A stretch of DNA of 20,000 nt from an uncultured virus (IMG/VR IMGVR_UViG_3300025098_000016) (lineage: Duplodnaviria > Heunggongvirae > Uroviricota > Caudoviricetes). The notes under the pieces are model-generated. The model worked only from the letters and a program-made list of their open reading frames with translations. It did no database searches and had not been told where the DNA came from. The DNA lies in the IMG/VR virus record IMGVR_UViG_3300025098_000016. One strand, given 5' to 3'. The position numbers and the translations under genes are program-made. Below, one piece after another: positions 15,446 to 20,000 of this stretch (positions within the stretch are counted from its first letter, which is position 1; each line of letters opens with the position of its first letter).

Positions 15446-17035
15446 TTATTTTTTCTTACCGGACTTCATATTTGCACACCAATGATACATTTTAGCACGT
15501 TCACCACTTGCATTCTTTGCTTTTTTACGTAGCTCAGTTACACTACCATTGCAACTAGCACCTGACTTTTTTACTCTACCAGGTCTGCTTTTACCACTCT
15601 TCTTGCCATCTGCAAAATTTTCTAATAAGTCTAATACTTGATCAGTAGTATAAAGTCCGCTTATAAGAGCTTCTTTTGCCATTTTAGTAGCAGTTGCATA
15701 CATAACAGCATCAGCATCTTTGCCGTAACGTTTTTTAAAGTCGCCTTTATTCTTCTTCATACCCTTGACGTTTTTTTCTTTTTTCTTTTCTTCGCCTTTG
15801 GTAAGTGTACGTTCTTCCATATTTTGATATTCTTTTTCTAGTTCAGCTAATTCTTTTTCTAGATTATCTAAATCATTTTTATCAGGTTCAAAGTCATTGA
15901 ATAATTTTTTCAAGTCTTTTTCATCTTTTGCTTTTACTAATTCGTCATAAAGTTTTTTCCCGCCATATAATGCAACTGCAATAGCCACAGCAGGCATACC
16001 GTATTTTGCTAAACTTTTTACTACAGGATGATTAAAGAATTTTTCAAGCCAAGCCAGAGCATCACCGATCCATTTAAATGTTTTCCATGATACAGTTAAG
16101 AATGCTAATGCCCATTTGTTCTGCCAAAACCATTTAATTATTTTTAATATGTAACTACCATGTTTTAAAAATTTAAAGTATTGAATGTATTCATTTAATT
16201 GCGTATTTTCTGCAACAGGTTCTTTCATATGTTGTTGTATTGCTTTTGCAGTACGTTCGAACTTATGATCTTTGTGTTTAAAGCCTTCACCACCAGCCGC
16301 TTCCCAACTAGCAATGTTTTTTCCAAAGTCATCGATTAAAATGTTTGGTGTACCATCGCTGTTAACAGCATACTTAGGTTTGTCATGTGTAATGATAACA
16401 TTCTCTGGTGGAAAGAAGTCTAAATTATTTTTAATCCATTCACGTTTGTGTGGTTCTGAATTAGGATCGTTTGGTAGTGGACTACTTAGAATAGTATAAC
16501 TACCTTTGACTTTTTTAATAACACCTAGCAAGTTTTTTGCTTGTGGTAGTAATGGTAAGTCTAACCAAAAATTATCTTTATCTCTAATCTTTTGTAGTGC
16601 AGGTTCAATGTCTTTTACTTTACGCCAGTCACTGCCTATTAACTTTTGCCATTCTCCAAAGAAGTCTGCTAATACGCCATCCATGTCTACGTATACTTTA
16701 CTTGTACTTGCTAATTCGCCCAAATTTTCTGCCATCTTACTATAGTATAGCATACTTTCATCAGTGTTGTCAACCGATTCTGCAAGGCCTAGATTGAATA
16801 ATACATTGGTTTTGGAGCCTTTTACCTTTTTTGATAGTGTAGGTGGGCGTCCATCTTTGTCTACTTTGTTACCAAACTTAGCGGCTTGCTTCTTAATAGC
16901 ATCTACACCAACATCTGCTGTAGTATTGACACCTTTTACAACACGGCCACCGTGTTCTTGTATCTGAAGGAAGTGTTTGAAACTGCCTGGCTTAGGAACT
17001 TTGTTTTCAATATCTTTTAAATTATGATACTTCAT
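15446..17035 (-). CDS. Modular protein containing a HAD 5'(3')-deoxyribonucleotidase (NT5C-like) domain
   Basis: VYVDMDGVLADF, ILSSP, K-x2-W, LIDD-x3-N...WEAAGG at about aa 113-270; hydrophobic segment and basic modules downstream. Confidence 0.82.
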   Translation of the reverse strand: MKYHNLKDIENKVPKPGSFKHFLQIQEHGGRVVKGVNTTADVGVDAIKKQAAKFGNKVDKDGRPPTLSKKVKGSKTNVLFNLGLAESVDNTDESMLYYSKMAENLGELASTSKVYVDMDGVLADFFGEWQKLIGSDWRKVKDIEPALQKIRDKDNFWLDLPLLPQAKNLLGVIKKVKGSYTILSSPLPNDPNSEPHKREWIKNNLDFFPPENVIITHDKPKYAVNSDGTPNILIDDFGKNIASWEAAGGEGFKHKDHKFERTAKAIQQHMKEPVAENTQLNEYIQYFKFLKHGSYILKIIKWFWQNKWALAFLTVSWKTFKWIGDALAWLEKFFNHPVVKSLAKYGMPAVAIAVALYGGKKLYDELVKAKDEKDLKKLFNDFEPDKNDLDNLEKELAELEKEYQNMEERTLTKGEEKKKEKNVKGMKKNKGDFKKRYGKDADAVMYATATKMAKEALISGLYTTDQVLDLLENFADGKKSGKSRPGRVKKSGASCNGSVTELRKKAKNASGERAKMYHWCANMKSGKKK

Positions 17036-17241
17036 TTTTTCCGTCCTCTAAAACCACCACCAGTCATGTGTGGTAAACTAAACCAAAGTTTGAACCAGTC
17101 TTCGTCACCTGGTTTGATATTTTTTTTCTTCTCTATCTTACGTTTTTCACTAGCAGTCTTACTAATGTTTTCAAGAGTATATTCAGTATAACCTTTATAC
17201 TCATTGACACCTGCAAGTTCTTTTAAACGTTCAATATCCAT
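17032..17241 (-). CDS. Small putative virion protein (69 aa)
   Basis: RLKELAGV N-terminal motif; IKPG-x3-WFKLWFS. Confidence 0.75.
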   Translation of the reverse strand: MDIERLKELAGVNEYKGYTEYTLENISKTASEKRKIEKKKNIKPGDEDWFKLWFSLPHMTGGGFRGRKK

Positions 17242-17242
17242 A

Positions 17243-18154
17243 TTAGTCAGCTCGCCTAATATCGTGTTTAATATCTAATTGAGTAAACAACTTTGATGTT
17301 GTTTCAATGCTTGTAAGCATTTTTTTAATTCTATCTAAATGGTCTGGGTTGTCTTCAACTTTTTGTCTAAACTTATTAGCCGCTTCAGGTTTAATAAACA
17401 ACAGTCTACCACTCCATGCCGCACCTTTTCTGTAAAAACTTAAAAAATGTTCTTTACCATCTACTCTATCTGCAATCCAATCTAATACTTTCATTTTATT
17501 TGGATCTTGTTCTTTGATACTGCCATTGTCTGTGCTTTTAAAAAATTTATATTCGCCTAGATCTTCTTCTGATACACTATCGTTAACAACATTAACACCC
17601 ATACCTGATCTAACCTTGTTAAACATCATTTGTGCAAGTCTTTCATCACCTGCAACACCTTGTTTAAAAGTTTCAAAGTCGTCGTCAACTGCCGCGGCTT
17701 TAAGTTTACTTGCACTCATACCTTCAGCACCTTCTGCATCAGGATCACGTTCGCCTGCACTTACAACATCAATATTATCAAACTCATAATCTTTGCCGTT
17801 ATACTTATTAAGTAGTTTTGTAAATGATTCAACTCTATCACTACCTGCTATATATACAACTTCGTTATAACCTTGAGATTGTAAATGTTGCATTGCTTGA
17901 ATAATTGTTTTTACATCTTTGTTGCCTACTATTATATCAGAACCAAAACTCTTTTGTGCAAAGAAAACCTTTTCTGCAAATGATAGTGGATCTGTTTTAG
18001 GCTTTTGTGTATGACTTAAAAATAAAAAATGGTCTCCAGGATATCCTGCCATCTTGTCTACAAGTTTTTTGTGTCCAATGGTTGGAGGATTCATTCTACC
18101 AAAAGCAAATACTGCTATTTTGCCGTCAGCTTCAAATAGTTCTCTGAGATGCAT
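17243..18154 (-). CDS. Phage cytidylyltransferase-like nucleotidyltransferase with C-terminal extension
   Basis: FAFGRMNPPTIGH (HxGH variant), AGSDR, SAGERDPD, GMSASK; MHLRELFE N-terminus. Confidence 0.85.
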   Translation of the reverse strand: MHLRELFEADGKIAVFAFGRMNPPTIGHKKLVDKMAGYPGDHFLFLSHTQKPKTDPLSFAEKVFFAQKSFGSDIIVGNKDVKTIIQAMQHLQSQGYNEVVYIAGSDRVESFTKLLNKYNGKDYEFDNIDVVSAGERDPDAEGAEGMSASKLKAAAVDDDFETFKQGVAGDERLAQMMFNKVRSGMGVNVVNDSVSEEDLGEYKFFKSTDNGSIKEQDPNKMKVLDWIADRVDGKEHFLSFYRKGAAWSGRLLFIKPEAANKFRQKVEDNPDHLDRIKKMLTSIETTSKLFTQLDIKHDIRRAD

Positions 18155-18470
18155 CTAGTTCTTCCTTAGGATTTCTTTCGTGATCTAATACCATATGTGC
18201 TAAGTCTGCTTTTTCTTGTGCATTCATAAGCTCTTCAGGTAGTTTATTAAGGTCGTACTTTAAACAATAATGATTTAATGCCTTATCACACAAAGGCATA
18301 ATATGTCCTTGGATTACTTTTTCGTTAGTTTCACTTTTCATTTTATCCATACATGGCATGTAATGTTTGCGATAAAATTCTTCATCATTTATCATATGAA
18401 AATGTACATCGTCAATGACATTAAACGGCATTGAGTCTTGTTTCATATCAAATATTTCTCTTAGTAACAT
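18132..18470 (-). CDS. Hypothetical protein, probably virion-associated (112 aa)
   Basis: MLLREIF N-terminus; AGGA SD; 23-nt overlap with the next gene. Confidence 0.75.
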   Translation of the reverse strand: MLLREIFDMKQDSMPFNVIDDVHFHMINDEEFYRKHYMPCMDKMKSETNEKVIQGHIMPLCDKALNHYCLKYDLNKLPEELMNAQEKADLAHMVLDHERNPKEELDASQRTI

Positions 18471-18479
18471 ATTACTTCC

Positions 18480-19187
18480 TTACCATTTACGGCATGACCA
18501 ATAACGTGCCTTAGTACGTGGTCCTGGATTATCACAGTTGTGTCTTGCTCTAAAGCTCTTACGTCTTGCAGGGTTAGACTTTTTAATCTTCATTGCTTTA
18601 CCTTTAACACTTGATCCGCCGTGTCCAAAGTTTACTTTTTTTACATTACCTGTTTTAGGATCTTTTACGTATACTTTAAACTTCTTAACGTCACCTTGCA
18701 TAGGCTTACCAAGTTTAACTTTACGCCCTTGGTACTCTGCTTCGTCCATGATTTCATCTTCATTGTACCACATTTCGCCATACGCTTCGTAGAAGTCATC
18801 ATCGTCATCATATGTTTCGTCAATACTTGCACCAGCAAGTTCTTTCATTCTATCAAGTTCTTCGTTATCGGGTACAGCACTTGCCATTTCTTTACAATCT
18901 GAGCATCTGCCATGTCCTTGATAGACATCCATAATAGGTGCGCCACAGCAATTACTTACCATGCCTTCTTCATTTTCGTCGCCTGGTGAGTATGCTTCTT
19001 TTGTCTTTTCAGCTTTACTGTATTTGTCTTTGATGCGTCCTAATTCTTCTTGACTAGCACCTTCACGTCCTGCTTTAGCGGCTTTTTTCATATATTCTTT
19101 ACCGTGCTTTTTCACACCAGTATAGTATTGTAAGCCTGATTCGTTTGTTTCGGCTTCTAATAAGTAGTCTTTAAATGTTTTTGTCAT
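18480..19187 (-). CDS. Putative internal head protein with DUF6321-like C-terminal domain
   Basis: MTKTFKDYLLEA start; C-terminal KKFKVYVK...KVNFG...RKSFRARHNC...ARYWSCRKW; internal SNCC...CSDC Zn-binding-like module. Confidence 0.75.
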   Translation of the reverse strand: MTKTFKDYLLEAETNESGLQYYTGVKKHGKEYMKKAAKAGREGASQEELGRIKDKYSKAEKTKEAYSPGDENEEGMVSNCCGAPIMDVYQGHGRCSDCKEMASAVPDNEELDRMKELAGASIDETYDDDDDFYEAYGEMWYNEDEIMDEAEYQGRKVKLGKPMQGDVKKFKVYVKDPKTGNVKKVNFGHGGSSVKGKAMKIKKSNPARRKSFRARHNCDNPGPRTKARYWSCRKW

Positions 19188-19208
19188 GCGTCAACACCTT
19201 TACGTTGT

Positions 19209-19237
19209 AATATAAAGTATTTATCAATAGTAGTCAA
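19209..19237 (-). promoter_or_regulatory. Sigma70-like promoter with ATAAATA nested in the spacer
   Basis: TTGACT (19232-19237), 17 nt, TATATT (19209-19214); ATAAATA at 19218-19224. Confidence 0.55.
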
Positions 19238-19257
19238 CCTCTAATGGTGCAGTGGAC

Positions 19258-19263
19258 TAAATA
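19258..19263 (+). promoter_or_regulatory. Putative late-type promoter element TAAATA
   Basis: Intergenic, upstream of the AAGGA SD and ATG of speD. Confidence 0.45.
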
Positions 19264-19283
19264 GAAACCAAAAAGGAACGGCT

Positions 19284-19646
19284 ATGTTGAAGCACAAACA
19301 CATGATAATTAGAGCTGAAGTAAGCAATCCACCACAATGCGAGCAAACTATAGTCGATTGGGCTGGTAATTTAATAAGAGATATAGATATGAAGATAATG
19401 ATGGGGCCATATGCTAAGTATTGTGAAATGCCGGGCAATAGAGGGTTTACGTGTGTTACTATTATTGAAACAAGTCATATAGCAATACACGTTTGGGACG
19501 AAACCAGTCCTGCACTAGTACAACTAGATGTATATACATGTGGTGAATTACATAAAGATAAAGTATTTGATGCACTAGAACGCTGGGATCCAGTTAAAGT
19601 TGAATACAAATATTTAGATAGAGAAAAAGAACTTACGTTAGTTTAA
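19284..19646 (+). CDS. speD: Pyruvoyl-dependent S-adenosylmethionine decarboxylase family proenzyme
   Basis: G-x-T-x4-IETSHIAIHVWDE and LDVYTCG motifs; AAGGA SD. Confidence 0.88.
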   Translation: MLKHKHMIIRAEVSNPPQCEQTIVDWAGNLIRDIDMKIMMGPYAKYCEMPGNRGFTCVTIIETSHIAIHVWDETSPALVQLDVYTCGELHKDKVFDALERWDPVKVEYKYLDREKELTLV

Positions 19647-20000
19647 GCTCTTGCGTATTGTGGAGTTGCTTTTTGTTGATCATCATTCCAAGTTATACCA
19701 CCTTTGATCATAACATCACCGGCTTCAACTGCTTTTATCAACTCTGCTTGAGTACCAATTAGATAGTAATTCCTATTCATAGAGTTTACAAACAATATGT
19801 TTTCTACTTCATCTTCTTTATTGTAACTATCATATGCTAGTGCAGAATAGTTAAGTTGAAACTTACTAACGTCGATACTGCCATCAGGTTCTACCATTGC
19901 AGAAATTCTTTTCTTCCAATTACTAACTTTTTTCCAACCATTAATAATACTTTTAAATGTTGCATCTAAAAGTTCTACAGTGTCTTCAGGTTTGCCGTTT
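19643..20000 (-). CDS. Hypothetical protein, C-terminal part (starts beyond right edge)
   Basis: Frame stays open from 19897 to the window end (NGKPEDTVELLDATFKSIINGWKKVSNWKKRISAMVEP...). Its stop overlaps the speD stop in TTAA. Confidence 0.8.
   Translation of the reverse strand, partial: NGKPEDTVELLDATFKSIINGWKKVSNWKKRISAMVEPDGSIDVSKFQLNYSALAYDSYNKEDEVENILFVNSMNRNYYLIGTQAELIKAVEAGDVMIKGGITWNDDQQKATPQYARA

Noticed and set aside
605..18902. Numerous plus-strand ORFs of 60-140 aa
   Set aside because: Antisense shadows of well-supported minus-strand genes, with no motifs.
19190..19208. Small CAAC/GTTG hairpin around the SD of the 235-aa gene, and CAACGTA shared with the leader near 12230
   Set aside because: Stem of only 4-5 bp and a 7-mer match; compatible with chance.
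1..20000. Stop-codon reassignment, tRNA genes, CRISPR arrays, intrinsic terminators
   Set aside because: Genes are full length under the standard code with TAA, TGA and TAG all used as stops. Intergenic gaps are short and show no cloverleaf, repeat-spacer array or GC hairpin with a U-tract.

Overview
AT-rich, densely coding segment of a large tailed dsDNA bacteriophage (T4-like/jumbo myovirus style). Nearly all genes are on the minus strand; the only convincing plus-strand gene is an SpeD-like decarboxylase. The left two-thirds is a replication and DNA-modification region: family B DNA polymerase, a nucleotide-sugar trio (UDP-glucose dehydrogenase, epimerase, cytidylyltransferase), a sliding clamp, a TGT/DpdA-like guanine transglycosylase, a QueD paralogue with the LxxxHRHxF (DpdL-type) motif, a GT-B glycosyltransferase resembling the GTDC1/QTMAN (queuosine mannosyltransferase, DUF3524) family, a cupin, a purine phosphoribosyltransferase and 2OG-Fe(II) oxygenases. 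The best candidate for a new system is a replication-coupled, possibly glycosylated 7-deazaguanine DNA hypermodification pathway: the transglycosylase gene follows the clamp gene, and its C-terminus shares an N-x-x-F-x-x-L-F motif with the polymerase C-terminus. The right third is a cluster of probable head-packaged internal proteins with shared N-terminal motifs and modules separated by apparent Glu cleavage sites, two of them carrying enzymes (HAD nucleotidase, nucleotidyltransferase). Three near-perfect sigma70 promoters and four TAAATA late-type elements are visible. All family assignments are by motif recognition only; no searches were run.
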